Assembly (NCBI RefSeq): GCF_001644705.1
Contig: NZ_CP015137.1
Location: 1,140,001 to 1,172,000 of the forward strand
DNA: 32,000 nucleotides
Origin: Dickeya solani IPO 2222
Lineage (GTDB): Bacteria > Pseudomonadota > Gammaproteobacteria > Enterobacterales > Enterobacteriaceae
Direction of reading: 5' to 3'
Shown here: positions 1 to 9,304 of the stretch, in pieces
How positions within the stretch are numbered: the first letter of the stretch is position 1
Layout: each line of letters starts with the position of its first letter
Position numbers and translations under genes: made by a program
Notes under the pieces: model-generated
The model's database searches: none
Told to the model about the DNA's origin: nothing
What the model saw: only the letters and a program-made list of their open reading frames with translations

Positions 1-260
1 CCGCGCAGCAGATCCAGCTTTTCCGGCAGCGCATAGCACTGGCGGCGGGTAAACACCAGTTGCCCATCGCGCTCCATGGCGCGTAACCGGCGGCGCAGGG
101 CCTCCAGTTGCTCATCGGTGGTCAGTTGCAGATCGGTGGCCAGTTCCTCACGGCTGATAGGCGTATCCCGTTTTGCCAGATGCTCAAGAATGTACTCGCG
201 GCTGGGGATGGGGGATTCATATTTTTCTGCTTCACGTTCCAGAAACGGATCTTGTGACAT
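1..260 (-). CDS. rnr: RNase R, N-terminal fragment (gene runs off the window start)
   Basis: Minus-strand translation from the ATG at 260 reads [41 protein letters not shown]...[31 protein letters not shown]. This follows the E. coli RNase R N-terminus closely. A GGAGGAA SD lies 5 nt upstream. The gene sits directly downstream of nsrR, as in E. coli. It is absent from the ORF track because it is open at the window edge. Confidence 0.85.
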   Translation of the reverse strand, partial: [86 protein letters not shown]

Positions 261-300
261 TGCGGTTCCTCCGTTGTCATCAGCAGGCGGCTGAACAAGC

Positions 301-726
301 TTATTCAACCAGAAGTAATTTATAGAGGGGTGGGTTTTCTTCTACCATATCGGCGAGCGTGTAATTATCCAGTTCCTTCAGGAAATTTTGTACGGCCTGC
401 TGCAGCACCTGCTTCAGGCGGCAGGCAGAGGTGATATGACAAAATTCCTTGCTGCAGTTAACCAGCGACAATGGCTCCAGCTCTCGCACCACATCCCCGA
501 TGCGAATGGTGGACGGATCGCGGCCCAGCCGGATACCACCGTTTTTACCGCGCACCGCCATAATCAGCCCGGCGCGGCTCAACTGATTGATGATCTTCAC
601 CATATGGTTACGTGAAACGCCATACACTTCAGTCACTTCTGAGATGCTGGTCATTTTGCCCTCCGGCAATGACGCCATATAGATCAGCGCCCTCAAACCA
701 TAATCTGTAAAACTTGTTAACTGCAC
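301..726 (-). CDS. nsrR: Nitric-oxide-sensing Rrf2-family repressor NsrR
   Basis: 141-aa ORF with a GTG start at 726 preceded by [28 protein letters not shown]... is colinear with E. coli NsrR. It includes the three cluster-ligand Cys in [14 protein letters not shown]. Confidence 0.95.
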   Translation of the reverse strand: MQLTSFTDYGLRALIYMASLPEGKMTSISEVTEVYGVSRNHMVKIINQLSRAGLIMAVRGKNGGIRLGRDPSTIRIGDVVRELEPLSLVNCSKEFCHITSACRLKQVLQQAVQNFLKELDNYTLADMVEENPPLYKLLLVE

Positions 727-1086
727 AGAGACCTCTGGGTACCTTGCCGGACAGTCATACGACCGCCCCGAAAAAACGCGGGCTGGAACCGGGGTGGCGC
801 TCGTTAGCCCTGGTCCGTACCCGTCATGTTCATTTTTTATCAGCAGATGATAAACCAGTGATCAACGTCGGGCGAATTTATTTAGCGCCAACCGATCCTT
901 TCCAAAGCCGAATTCCCCGAGTCCATGTATTTCCATTCACAAAAGATAAGAGAATCGTGCTTCCTAACATACTGTTTCATCTGTTATGTTCTGAACAAAA
1001 ATAACCCTACAACACCTTAACGTACGGCGAGCCCGGAATAGGCTCTGTCAGTGGTTTTTTGCTCTGCACACACTAGGAAATGAACC

Positions 1087-2673
1087 ATGCGTTTGAAAAA
1101 TCTCTCCATCCGCACCGGTCTGCTAACACTGCTGACCGTCATCACCCTATTGTTACTGCTGGTCAGCGGTATGGGGATTCAGGCCATCAACAAGAGCCGT
1201 GCCTCCCTGACGGCGCTCAATCAGATTCAGGGAGAACAGCTGGGCGCGTTAATGAATGGTTATAACCTGACGTTACGAGCCAGAGCCTCCGCCACGCTGG
1301 CGGTGCGCAAAATCGAAATCGGTTTGCTGGATGTCGGCGTCAAAGAGACCGAAAAGCTGGAAGGCTATGTGCAACAGTCGGAAAAGGATATTCGTCAGTT
1401 TAACAGCGTGGGAACCAACGGCGAGCAGGAACAGAAACTGGCGCAACAGGTGTTAAAAAGTTATCAGGATTACCTGAATCAGGGGCTGAAGCCGATGATG
1501 GACTCCCTGAAAAAGCAGTACACCGACGAATATTACACCTTGCTGGAAAACAACCTGACGCCCCTGAGCGACGCGTTTGATAAATCCATCCAGAACTTCC
1601 GCAGCTACTCCCAGCAACTCTCCGAACAACATATCCAGCAGGCCAATAACAACGAACGGCTGATGCTGATGCTGATCGCGTTTGCCTGTCTGCTGTCTCT
1701 GCTGCTGGTGCTGCTGGGCTGGCTGGCGTTGCGCCACATGCTGCTCAAACCGCTGGATTACGCGATTGAACAACTGGAACACGTGGCCTCCGGCGATTTG
1801 ACCCGCCGCATTACTCAGGGCGGCAACAATGAACTGGGGCGGCTGAACGACGCCATCGAGCGCATGCAATTAGCGCTGCTGGATTCGGTCAGTCAGGTGC
1901 GTGACGCCAGCCACCAGATCGATCAAGGCAGCCGTGAGTTGTTCAGCGGCAACCGCAATCTGGCGGAACGGACCGAAGAGTCGGTCGCGGCGCTGGAACA
2001 GACCGCCGCCAGCCTGGAAGAACTGAGCGCGACGGTTAAACGCAACGCCGACAACGCCGAACTGGCGCATCAGTTGACCAACCAGGTTTCCGATACCACC
2101 GATCGCGGCAACGAATCCGTTAACTACGTGGTGGAAAAAATGCGTGAAATCGCCGCCAGCGCCAAACGGATCAGCGATATTCTCGGCGTTATCGACGGCA
2201 TTGCCTTCCAGACCAATATTCTGGCCCTGAACGCGGCGGTGGAAGCGGCCCGCGCGGGCGAGCAGGGCAAAGGCTTTGCGGTAGTGGCCGGCGAAGTGCG
2301 GAGTCTGGCGCAGCACAGCGCCCAGGCGGCCAAAGAGATCCGCACCCTGATCCTGGATTCTCAGTCCCATGTGTCGGAAGGGCTGGATCTGGCCGCCAAA
2401 GCCGGTACCACCATGGACGACGTGGCGGAAGAGATCAACCGTATCACCAGCCTGATGAAAGAGATCTCTTACGCCTCTCAAGAGCAACATCGCGGCATCG
2501 AACAAGTGAATATCGCCTTCACCCAGATAGACAAAGTGGCTCAGCAGAATGCCTCGCTGGTCAAAGCGTCCGCCGACACCACCCAGTCGCTGGAAGAACA
2601 ATCTCGCCAGTTGGTGCAGGCAATGGCCATGTTCCGTATCGAAGACCACACCGCGCTGCTGCAGGCGCGCTGA
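1087..2673 (+). CDS. Methyl-accepting chemotaxis protein (two TM segments, periplasmic helical sensor, HAMP, MCP signalling domain)
   Basis: 528-aa ORF with an AGGAAA SD before ATG 1087. TM1 is LLTLLTVITLLLLLV and TM2 is LMLMLIAFACLLSLLLVLLGWL. It carries the conserved MCP hairpin GIAFQTNILALNAAVEAARAGEQGKGFAVVAGEVRSLA. There is no C-terminal NWETF pentapeptide. Confidence 0.9.
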   Translation: MRLKNLSIRTGLLTLLTVITLLLLLVSGMGIQAINKSRASLTALNQIQGEQLGALMNGYNLTLRARASATLAVRKIEIGLLDVGVKETEKLEGYVQQSEKDIRQFNSVGTNGEQEQKLAQQVLKSYQDYLNQGLKPMMDSLKKQYTDEYYTLLENNLTPLSDAFDKSIQNFRSYSQQLSEQHIQQANNNERLMLMLIAFACLLSLLLVLLGWLALRHMLLKPLDYAIEQLEHVASGDLTRRITQGGNNELGRLNDAIERMQLALLDSVSQVRDASHQIDQGSRELFSGNRNLAERTEESVAALEQTAASLEELSATVKRNADNAELAHQLTNQVSDTTDRGNESVNYVVEKMREIAASAKRISDILGVIDGIAFQTNILALNAAVEAARAGEQGKGFAVVAGEVRSLAQHSAQAAKEIRTLILDSQSHVSEGLDLAAKAGTTMDDVAEEINRITSLMKEISYASQEQHRGIEQVNIAFTQIDKVAQQNASLVKASADTTQSLEEQSRQLVQAMAMFRIEDHTALLQAR

Positions 2674-2688
2674 TTCTCATCCCTGCTT

Positions 2689-2718
2689 CGGCAGTGACCG
2701 GCCACCGGTCACTGCCTT
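2689..2718 (+). terminator. Rho-independent terminator candidate after the MCP gene
   Basis: Perfect 12-bp stem GGCAGTGACCGG / CCGGTCACTGCC (2689-2715) with a 3-nt loop, followed by TTT. It starts 16 nt after the MCP stop. The U-tract is short. Confidence 0.55.
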
Positions 2719-2891
2719 TCCCGTCCAACCGAACGCGCTGCCTCCCGCAGCCCGGCGGCTCACGCTTTCAGTGCATGACACGGCACGACGCACAACAAAC
2801 GGGCGCAGTATGCCTGTTTTCGGCGCCAAACCATGCAACCTGCACAGGGTACTCCCTCTCTCCGCCCTACTACCGCTAGCCGCAAAAGCGG

Positions 2892-2917
2892 CACGTTCCT
2901 TGCTCACGTTCCTTGCT
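2892..2917. repeat. Perfect 13-bp tandem duplication (CACGTTCCTTGCT x2) upstream of the PucR-like gene
   Basis: Positions 2892-2904 and 2905-2917 are identical when read directly from the sequence. Confidence 0.9.
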
Positions 2918-2986
2918 GTAGTTCTAAGGACACAGTTCCACGGACATTGCTGTTCCCCATGTCGGGGCGAAACCAGAGGGACCACT

Positions 2987-3898
2987 ATGGCGGCATTTCA
3001 TCACCGGAACGTGCCTCATCATCATACCGAAAGTGACCGGGACAGGTGGCGAAGCGACTTCCTGCTCCAGCTACTGACCAACGATCGTCCGGATCTGCCT
3101 TTCCTCCATCAGCGTGCCGCTTATCTGCAATGGCCGCTGGATAGGCCGCATCGGGTGACGGCATGGCGTCTGTCTGGGATACCTTCGCTGTTTTCCCTCT
3201 CTTATCCCGACTGCCCGGAAGCGCATCTGCACAGGTCGCGCCAGCAGTTGCAGCAACAGCTACAGGATCTCATGTCGGGGTGCTTGCCGCCGGTCACGCT
3301 GGCCGACCTCTGTCTGCTGGTGCTGCCGGCCGACAGTCCGCTGCTAAGCCGGGGACACCAGAAACTCACCGCATTCCGTCAGGCCATCAACGCCGATATC
3401 GCGCCGCTGGCGCTGTTTGGCGGCATCTCCGGCCCGGTAAGCGCGGCCGAGCACTACCGACGGGGGCTGAGCGAAGCCCGACAGGCACTGAACGCAGCGG
3501 AAAGCCTGCGCCCGGAAAAAGGCCTGTGCGACTACACTGATCTGGGGGTGTTGCAACTGCTGACCTCCGTCAGCGACCCGGCCTTACTCACCCGCTTTAT
3601 GCACGACGTGCTGGGTAATCTGGTGGAGAACAATCGCAAGTCGCCTCATCTGCTGATTGAAACACTGGATGCGGTATTGCAGGAAAACAGTAATCTAATC
3701 AAGGCCGCCGAGCGGTTGGCTATCCATCGCAATACGCTGCATCAGCGACTGCAACGTATTGAACAGCTGTCGGGCGGCACGTTGAACGATCCGTTATTTC
3801 GCCTCAACGCCTCCGTCGCGCTAGTAGTCTGGCGCCTGTCAGGTTCGCAGGCGCAGGGAACCGCCATGTCGCCGTTCAAGACAACATCACAGGAGTGA
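2987..3898 (+). CDS. PucR/CdaR-family transcriptional regulator, short form lacking the usual N-terminal sensor domain
   Basis: The C-terminus NLIKAAERLAIHRNTLHQRLQRIEQLSGGTLNDPLFRLNASVALVVW matches the PucR C-terminal HTH. ATG 2987 is preceded by GAGGGA at 8 nt. The longer track ORF (from 2549) overlaps the MCP gene and its extension is not protein-like. The stop overlaps the codA SD/start region. Confidence 0.6.
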   Translation: MAAFHHRNVPHHHTESDRDRWRSDFLLQLLTNDRPDLPFLHQRAAYLQWPLDRPHRVTAWRLSGIPSLFSLSYPDCPEAHLHRSRQQLQQQLQDLMSGCLPPVTLADLCLLVLPADSPLLSRGHQKLTAFRQAINADIAPLALFGGISGPVSAAEHYRRGLSEARQALNAAESLRPEKGLCDYTDLGVLQLLTSVSDPALLTRFMHDVLGNLVENNRKSPHLLIETLDAVLQENSNLIKAAERLAIHRNTLHQRLQRIEQLSGGTLNDPLFRLNASVALVVWRLSGSQAQGTAMSPFKTTSQE

Positions 3899-3900
3899 TC

Positions 3901-5148
3901 ATGAAGATTATCAACGCCGCCCTGCGTCATCAGGCCGGGCTCCACACGCTGCAACTGCAGGACGGCCTGATTGCCGCGATAACGCCCCAGCCCGCCATGC
4001 TGCCCGCTACGCCGGATACCATTGACGCCGCCGGGCAACTGGCGCTCCCGCCGCTGGTAGAACCGCATATTCACCTTGATGCCGTCCTGACCGCCGGCGA
4101 ACCGGAGTGGAACATGAGCGGCACGCTGTTTGAAGGCATCGAACGCTGGAGCCAGCGCAAAGCCGTTATCACCCACGAAGACACCAAGCGTCGGGCGCAT
4201 ACCGCCATCGGCATGTTACGCGACCACGGCATCCAGCACGTTCGCACCCACGTCGATGTCACCGATCCGTCGCTGGCGGCGCTGGAAGCGATGCTGGAAG
4301 TCAAAGACGAAGCGAAGGGTTTGATCGACCTGCAAATCGTCGCCTTCCCGCAGGAAGGCATCGAATCGTACCCGGCAGGCCGCCAACTGATGGAGCGCGC
4401 CATCGCGTTGGGCGCCGACGTGGTTGGCGGCATTCCCCATTTTGAGAACACCCGCGAACAGGGCGTCAGCTCGGTGAAATTCCTGATGGACCTGGCGGAA
4501 CGCACCGGTTGTCTGGTGGATGTACACTGCGACGAAACTGACGATCCGAACTCGCGTTTTCTGGAAGTGCTGGCGGAAGAAACGCGGGTGCGGGACATGG
4601 GCGCGCGCGTCACCGCCAGCCATACCGTGGCGATGGGGTCTTATGACAACGCCTACTGTTCGAAACTGTTCCGTCTGCTGCGCCGCTCGGGCCTCAGCTT
4701 TGTTTCCTGCCCGACCGAAAGCATCCACCTGCAAGGGCGATTCGACACCTTTCCCAAACGCCGCGGCGTCACCCGGGTAGCCGAACTGGACCGCGCCGGC
4801 ATGAACGTCTGCTTCGGGCAGGATTCGATCAAAGATCCCTGGTACCCGCTCGGCAACGGCAACATTCTGCGTATCCTCGACGCCGGGCTGCATATCTGCC
4901 ACATGATGGGGTATCAGGATCTGCAGCGCTGTCTCGATTTCGTGACCGACAACAGCGCCAAAGCGTTGCATCTGGGCGATCGCTACGGCCTCGCCGTCGG
5001 CCGCCCAGCCAACCTGCTGATTCTGGAGGCGGAAAACGACTACGACGCGGTGCGGCGCCAAGCCAAAGCGCGCCTGTCGATACGCCACGGAAAGATCATC
5101 ATGCAACGTGAACCAGAGCTGATTCGGTATCCTGACGCCTCATGCTGA
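3901..5148 (+). CDS. codA: Cytosine deaminase
   Basis: Colinear with E. coli CodA (VEPHIHLD..., SGTLFEGIERW, HVRTHVDV, DLQIVAFPQEG, VDVHCDE.DD, ARVTASHT, HLQGRFDT.PKRRG.TRV, DPWYPLG). ATG 3901 has an AGGAG SD 5 nt upstream. The track start at 3895 is a GTG inside the SD. Confidence 0.9.
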   Translation: MKIINAALRHQAGLHTLQLQDGLIAAITPQPAMLPATPDTIDAAGQLALPPLVEPHIHLDAVLTAGEPEWNMSGTLFEGIERWSQRKAVITHEDTKRRAHTAIGMLRDHGIQHVRTHVDVTDPSLAALEAMLEVKDEAKGLIDLQIVAFPQEGIESYPAGRQLMERAIALGADVVGGIPHFENTREQGVSSVKFLMDLAERTGCLVDVHCDETDDPNSRFLEVLAEETRVRDMGARVTASHTVAMGSYDNAYCSKLFRLLRRSGLSFVSCPTESIHLQGRFDTFPKRRGVTRVAELDRAGMNVCFGQDSIKDPWYPLGNGNILRILDAGLHICHMMGYQDLQRCLDFVTDNSAKALHLGDRYGLAVGRPANLLILEAENDYDAVRRQAKARLSIRHGKIIMQREPELIRYPDASC

Positions 5149-6168
5149 CACCCTACCAGCGGCATCCGCGTCAGGCCGCAGCGCACCCTCCCGGCATCGC
5201 TGCTGGTAACTCTGCTCAAAAGTCTGCATGCCGACCTGGCTGCCGGTTTGCAGCAGGCTGGGCAACTGGTGGGTTTTACCTTCGCGGATCAGGTTGCTGA
5301 CCGCCGGGGTGGCGAGCAGCACTTCAAACAGCGCCACGCGCCCGCCTTGCGCGCCCGGCAACAGTTTCTGCGCCACCACGGCCTGCAGGCTGGCGGCCAG
5401 CTGCGCGCGGACAAACGCTTTCTCTTCGGCGGGAAAGACATCCACCAGCCGATCCACCGCCTGCACCGCCCGCCGGGTATGCAGCGTCGCCAACACCAGA
5501 TGACCGGTTTCCGCCGCCGTCAGCGCCAGCCGAATCGTCTCGCTGTCGCGCAACTCGCCGAGCAGCAGCACATCCGGGTCTTCACGCAGCGCAGCCCGCA
5601 ATGCGCTGGCGAATCCTTCGCTGTGGCGACCGATCTCCCGCTGCTGGATCAGGCTGCGCTGGCTGGTATGCAGGAACTCAATCGGGTCTTCCAGCGTAAT
5701 GATGTGGCGCGCGCTGCGTTGATTAAGCGCGGCAATCATCGCCGCCAGCGTGGTGGATTTACCGCTACCGGTAGCGCCGGTCACCAGAATCAGGCCATCG
5801 GCGCGGGAGGCCAGCTCCGCCACCACCGGCGGCACACCCAGCGTCGGTAAATCCGGCTGATGTTGCGGGATCAGACGCAGCGCCGCCGATAACCCGTGGC
5901 GCTGCATAAACAGATTGGCCCGCAACCGCTGGCCCTCCGGCAGCGTCAGCGCGCAGTCAGTCTGCCCATATTGCCGCAGTTGCTGCTCGCAGGCCGGGTC
6001 CAGCCAGCTGCGGCACCACTGTTCCAGTTCGGCATTATGCAACGGCGGCTGAGCGGCATCGGCCACCAGTTGCCCGTCGATACGCCACACCGGCGGATGA
6101 CCGCTGCACAGGTGCAGATCGGACACATTCTGTTTTACACTAGACCTCACCCATTCACTCACATCCAT
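5140..6168 (-). CDS. pilT: PilT-family type IV pilus retraction ATPase (YggR-like)
   Basis: Walker A GATGSGKST, Walker B DPDVLLLGELRD, and TGHLVLATLHT. It is colinear with E. coli YggR from MDVSEWVRSSVKQNVSDLHLC. ATG 6168 is preceded by GGAGG. The gene is divergent from yggS, as in E. coli. Confidence 0.85.
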   Translation of the reverse strand: MDVSEWVRSSVKQNVSDLHLCSGHPPVWRIDGQLVADAAQPPLHNAELEQWCRSWLDPACEQQLRQYGQTDCALTLPEGQRLRANLFMQRHGLSAALRLIPQHQPDLPTLGVPPVVAELASRADGLILVTGATGSGKSTTLAAMIAALNQRSARHIITLEDPIEFLHTSQRSLIQQREIGRHSEGFASALRAALREDPDVLLLGELRDSETIRLALTAAETGHLVLATLHTRRAVQAVDRLVDVFPAEEKAFVRAQLAASLQAVVAQKLLPGAQGGRVALFEVLLATPAVSNLIREGKTHQLPSLLQTGSQVGMQTFEQSYQQRCREGALRPDADAAGRVSA

Positions 6169-6189
6169 TGATTGGCCTCCGGAATCATT

Positions 6190-6924
6190 ATGACGATATC
6201 GACAGTCACTACATCGACAGTCCAGCAAAATCTACAGGACGTCCGGCAGAGAATCTCGGCGGCGGCGGAACGTTGCGGGCGCGCGCCAGAAGAAATTACG
6301 CTGCTTGCCGTCAGCAAAACCAAACCTGTGAGCGCGATCGAAGAAGCCATTGCGGCCGGGCAACGGGCGTTTGGCGAGAACTATGTGCAGGAAGGGGTGG
6401 ACAAGATTCGCCATTTTCAGCTCGCTCAACCAGATACGACGCTGGAATGGCACTTTATCGGGCCTTTGCAGTCGAATAAAAGCCGTCTGGTGGCGGAGCA
6501 TTTCGACTGGTGCCACACCATCGACCGGCTGCGCATCGCCCAGCGCCTGAGCGAGCAACGCCCGGCGCACTTGCCGCCGCTCAATGTGCTGTTGCAAGTC
6601 AATATCAGCCAGGAGCAGAGCAAATCCGGCATGCTGCCCGGCGACCTGCCGGCACTGGCCGCCAGCGTGGCACAATTGCCGAATCTGCGGCTGCGCGGGT
6701 TGATGGCGATCCCCGCGCCGGAAACGGATCACGCGCGTCAACTGGCGGTATTTCGCCAGATGACCGAACTTTTCCTGCAACTGAAAGCGGATTATGGCAC
6801 TTTGGATACCCTGTCGATGGGCATGACCGACGACATGGCCGCCGCCATTGAGGCCGGCAGTACGCTGGTGCGGATCGGCACCGCGATTTTTGGCGCACGT
6901 GATTACAGTTCACCGGCCAGTTAA
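6190..6924 (+). CDS. yggS: PLP-homeostasis protein YggS (COG0325)
   Basis: Strong colinearity with E. coli YggS (EEITLLAVSKTKP, FGENYVQEG, EWHFIGPLQSNKSRLVAEHFDWCHTIDRLRIA, RLRGLMAIPAPE, VRIGTAIFGARDY). The ATG at 6190 is chosen over the TTG at 6172. Confidence 0.9.
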   Translation: MTISTVTTSTVQQNLQDVRQRISAAAERCGRAPEEITLLAVSKTKPVSAIEEAIAAGQRAFGENYVQEGVDKIRHFQLAQPDTTLEWHFIGPLQSNKSRLVAEHFDWCHTIDRLRIAQRLSEQRPAHLPPLNVLLQVNISQEQSKSGMLPGDLPALAASVAQLPNLRLRGLMAIPAPETDHARQLAVFRQMTELFLQLKADYGTLDTLSMGMTDDMAAAIEAGSTLVRIGTAIFGARDYSSPAS

Positions 6925-6957
6925 CCTTAACGGACAGACGAGAACAGCGAGAATCTG

Positions 6958-7779
6958 ATGGAACACCGTAAAATAGCCTTTATTGGCGCGGGCAATATGG
7001 CGCAGGCGATCATCGCCGGTCTGATGGCGGGCGGTTATCCGGCCAGCCACGTCAGCGTCAGCGCGCCGTCAGCCACCCATCGGGATGCGCTGGCCGCCCG
7101 TTATGGCATCGCCAGCCTGAGCGATAATACGGTCTGCGCCCGTGATGCCGACGTCATCGTACTCGCAGTCAAACCGCAACTGATGGCGGGCGTCTGCGAG
7201 GTGCTGGCGCAGCAGGTGGATTTCAGCGGCAAGCTGGTGCTGTCGATCGCCGCGGGCGTCAGCGTGGCGCGGTTCCGTGAACTGCTGGGCGCCGCCATCA
7301 ATATTGTACGCATCATGCCCAATACCCCGTCGCTGGTGGGCAAAGGCATGAGCGGCTTGTACGCGCCGGCGGAGGTCAGCGAAACCAACCGCGCCTTTGC
7401 CGCCGACCTGATGAAGAGCGTCGGCAAGCTGTGCTGGGTCGACGACGAAGCGCAGATTAACGGCGTAATTGCCGCCGCCGGCAGCGCTCCCGCCTACTTC
7501 TTCCTGTTTATGGAAGCCATGCAGCAGGAAGCTATCCGCCAGGGCTTCGACGCCGACACCGCCAGGCTGCTGGTACAGCAGGCGGCCAGCGGCGCGGCGG
7601 CGCTGGTGGAGGCCAGCCCGGATATCCCGCTGTCGACATTGCGGGAAAACGTGACCTCCAAAGGCGGCACCACCGCCGAAGCGCTGCGCGTGTTCAACGA
7701 GCGCCAGTTGAGCCAGACTGTCGCCGACGCCATGCAGGCCGCCGTACACCGGGCGAAAGAAATGGAATCGCTGTTCTGA
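6958..7779 (+). CDS. proC: Pyrroline-5-carboxylate reductase
   Basis: 273-aa ORF with the N-terminal Rossmann motif IAFIGAGNMAQAII, RIMPNTP, and the C-terminal VTSKGGTTAEAL signature of ProC. Confidence 0.93.
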   Translation: MEHRKIAFIGAGNMAQAIIAGLMAGGYPASHVSVSAPSATHRDALAARYGIASLSDNTVCARDADVIVLAVKPQLMAGVCEVLAQQVDFSGKLVLSIAAGVSVARFRELLGAAINIVRIMPNTPSLVGKGMSGLYAPAEVSETNRAFAADLMKSVGKLCWVDDEAQINGVIAAAGSAPAYFFLFMEAMQQEAIRQGFDADTARLLVQQAASGAAALVEASPDIPLSTLRENVTSKGGTTAEALRVFNERQLSQTVADAMQAAVHRAKEMESLF

Positions 7780-7822
7780 TTGCCGTCTGAAACATGATTT
7801 TTAATGAAGGAATAACCGTCTC

Positions 7823-8377
7823 ATGCTGACCCTGACTTTTCTGGTCAAGACCCTGATTGACCTGTACGTAATGGTGTTGCTGCTGCGAATCTGGATGCAG
7901 TGGGCACGCAGTGATTTTTATAACCCGCTGGCGCAGTTCGTGGTGAAGCTCACCCAGCCGATCATCGGGCCGCTACGTCGCATCATTCCGTCGCTGGGGC
8001 CGATCGACAGCGCGTCGCTGCTGCTGGCGTTTCTGCTCACCACGCTGAAATACCCGTTACTGTTGCTGATCCAGGTCGGCTCGCTGTCGCTCAGCCCGAT
8101 CAACCTGCTGGTGGGGCTGCTGGCGCTGGTCAAATCCGCCGGTTATCTGGTGTTCTGGATAGTGATTATCCGTTCGCTGATGAGCTGGATCAGTCAGGGC
8201 CGCAGCCCGGTGGATTACATGCTGCATCAATTGACCGAACCGCTGATGGGGCCGGTGCGCCGCGTTCTGCCGTCGGCCGGCGGGCTGGATTTCTCGCCGA
8301 TGGTGGTGATTCTGGTGCTGTACCTGCTGAACTACCTCGGCATGGATTTTTTCCCGGGGCTGTGGTTCTTGTTGTGA
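7823..8377 (+). CDS. yggT: YggT-family integral membrane protein
   Basis: 184-aa hydrophobic ORF following yggS/proC. It has two YGGT-like repeats ([21 protein letters not shown]; [22 protein letters not shown]). Confidence 0.9.
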   Translation: MLTLTFLVKTLIDLYVMVLLLRIWMQWARSDFYNPLAQFVVKLTQPIIGPLRRIIPSLGPIDSASLLLAFLLTTLKYPLLLLIQVGSLSLSPINLLVGLLALVKSAGYLVFWIVIIRSLMSWISQGRSPVDYMLHQLTEPLMGPVRRVLPSAGGLDFSPMVVILVLYLLNYLGMDFFPGLWFLL

Positions 8378-8664
8378 GTGCCGTTAGTCGTTGCGAAGAC
8401 GGGTTGGTGATTCGGCTGTATATTCAGCCGAAAGCCAGCCGGGATCAGATTGTCGGGTTGCATGGCGACGAACTTAAAGTCGCCATCACCGCGCCGCCGG
8501 TGGATGGTCAAGCCAACGCCCACCTCATCAAATTTATTGCCAAGCAGTTTCGCGTCGCCAAAAGCATGGTGACCATCGAAAAGGGCGAGCTTGGGCGTCA
8601 CAAACAGATTAGAATCGTCAACCCGCAAGCCATCCCGGCCGATGTCGCGGAACTCATCTCCTGA
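8374..8664 (+). CDS. yggU: DUF167 protein YggU
   Basis: [68 protein letters not shown] is colinear with E. coli YggU. The likely GTG start at 8374 overlaps the yggT stop (GTGA). The track start at 8362 is also possible. Confidence 0.8.
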   Translation: MSAVSRCEDGLVIRLYIQPKASRDQIVGLHGDELKVAITAPPVDGQANAHLIKFIAKQFRVAKSMVTIEKGELGRHKQIRIVNPQAIPADVAELIS

Positions 8665-8710
8665 GCCTATTCTCTGAACGAATACCCTGAGCAAATTGCA
8701 GGAACAACAG

Positions 8711-9304
8711 ATGCAAAACGTGGTTTTAGCAACCGGCAATGCCGGTAAAGTGCGTGAACTCGCCGGTCTGCTGGCGGATTTCGGTCTCGACGTGGTGGCG
8801 CAAACCACGTTGGGCGTCGACTCCGCCGAAGAAACCGGTTTGACCTTTATCGAAAACGCCATTCTGAAAGCGCGCCACGCCGCGCGTGAAACCGGCCTGC
8901 CCGCCATCGCCGACGACTCCGGTCTGGCGGTGGACGCGCTGGGCGGCGCGCCGGGAATTTATTCCGCCCGTTACGCCGGGGAAGACGCCAGCGACCGGCA
9001 GAATCTGGACAAGCTGTTGGTCGCGCTGGACAACGTGCCGGATGAGCAGCGTCAGGCCAGCTTCCACTGCGTACTGGTGTATTTGCGCCACGCCGACGAC
9101 CCGACGCCGCTGGTGTGCCACGGCAGTTGGCAGGGCGTCATCGCCCGCACGCCTGCCGGCGAAAGCGGCTTCGGCTACGACCCGGTGTTTTTTGTGCCGT
9201 CAATCGGCAAAACCGCCGCCGAACTGAGCCGCGAAGAGAAAAACGCCCTCTCTCACCGCGGTCAGGCGCTGCGTAAGCTGCTGGATGCCCTGCGACATGC
9301 TTAA
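8711..9304 (+). CDS. rdgB: dITP/XTP pyrophosphatase (non-canonical NTP house-cleaning enzyme)
   Basis: [32 protein letters not shown]...FGYDP.FFVPS.GKTAAEL..EEKNA.SHRGQAL is colinear with E. coli RdgB. ATG 8711 has an AGGAA SD. Confidence 0.9.
   Translation: MQNVVLATGNAGKVRELAGLLADFGLDVVAQTTLGVDSAEETGLTFIENAILKARHAARETGLPAIADDSGLAVDALGGAPGIYSARYAGEDASDRQNLDKLLVALDNVPDEQRQASFHCVLVYLRHADDPTPLVCHGSWQGVIARTPAGESGFGYDPVFFVPSIGKTAAELSREEKNALSHRGQALRKLLDALRHA

Noticed and set aside
76-294. 72-aa plus-strand ORF at the window start
   Set aside because: It is Arg/Ser-rich and low-complexity. The opposite strand encodes a convincing RNase R N-terminus (1-260), so this is an antisense shadow ORF.
925-932. 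ATGTATTT resembling an NsrR half-site upstream of the MCP gene
   Set aside because: It is a single 8-nt half-site without the inverted partner and is expected by chance in AT-rich intergenic DNA.
714-1004. 96-aa ORF in the nsrR-MCP intergenic region
   Set aside because: It overlaps the nsrR start, has no SD, and has no recognisable domain or plausible composition. I treat the region as a 360-bp divergent promoter region.
2549-2986. N-terminal 146 codons of the 449-aa track ORF
   Set aside because: It overlaps the MCP 3' end and its terminator, and the translation is Pro/Arg/Ala-rich and non-homologous. A good SD/ATG at 2987 begins the region with PucR-family similarity.
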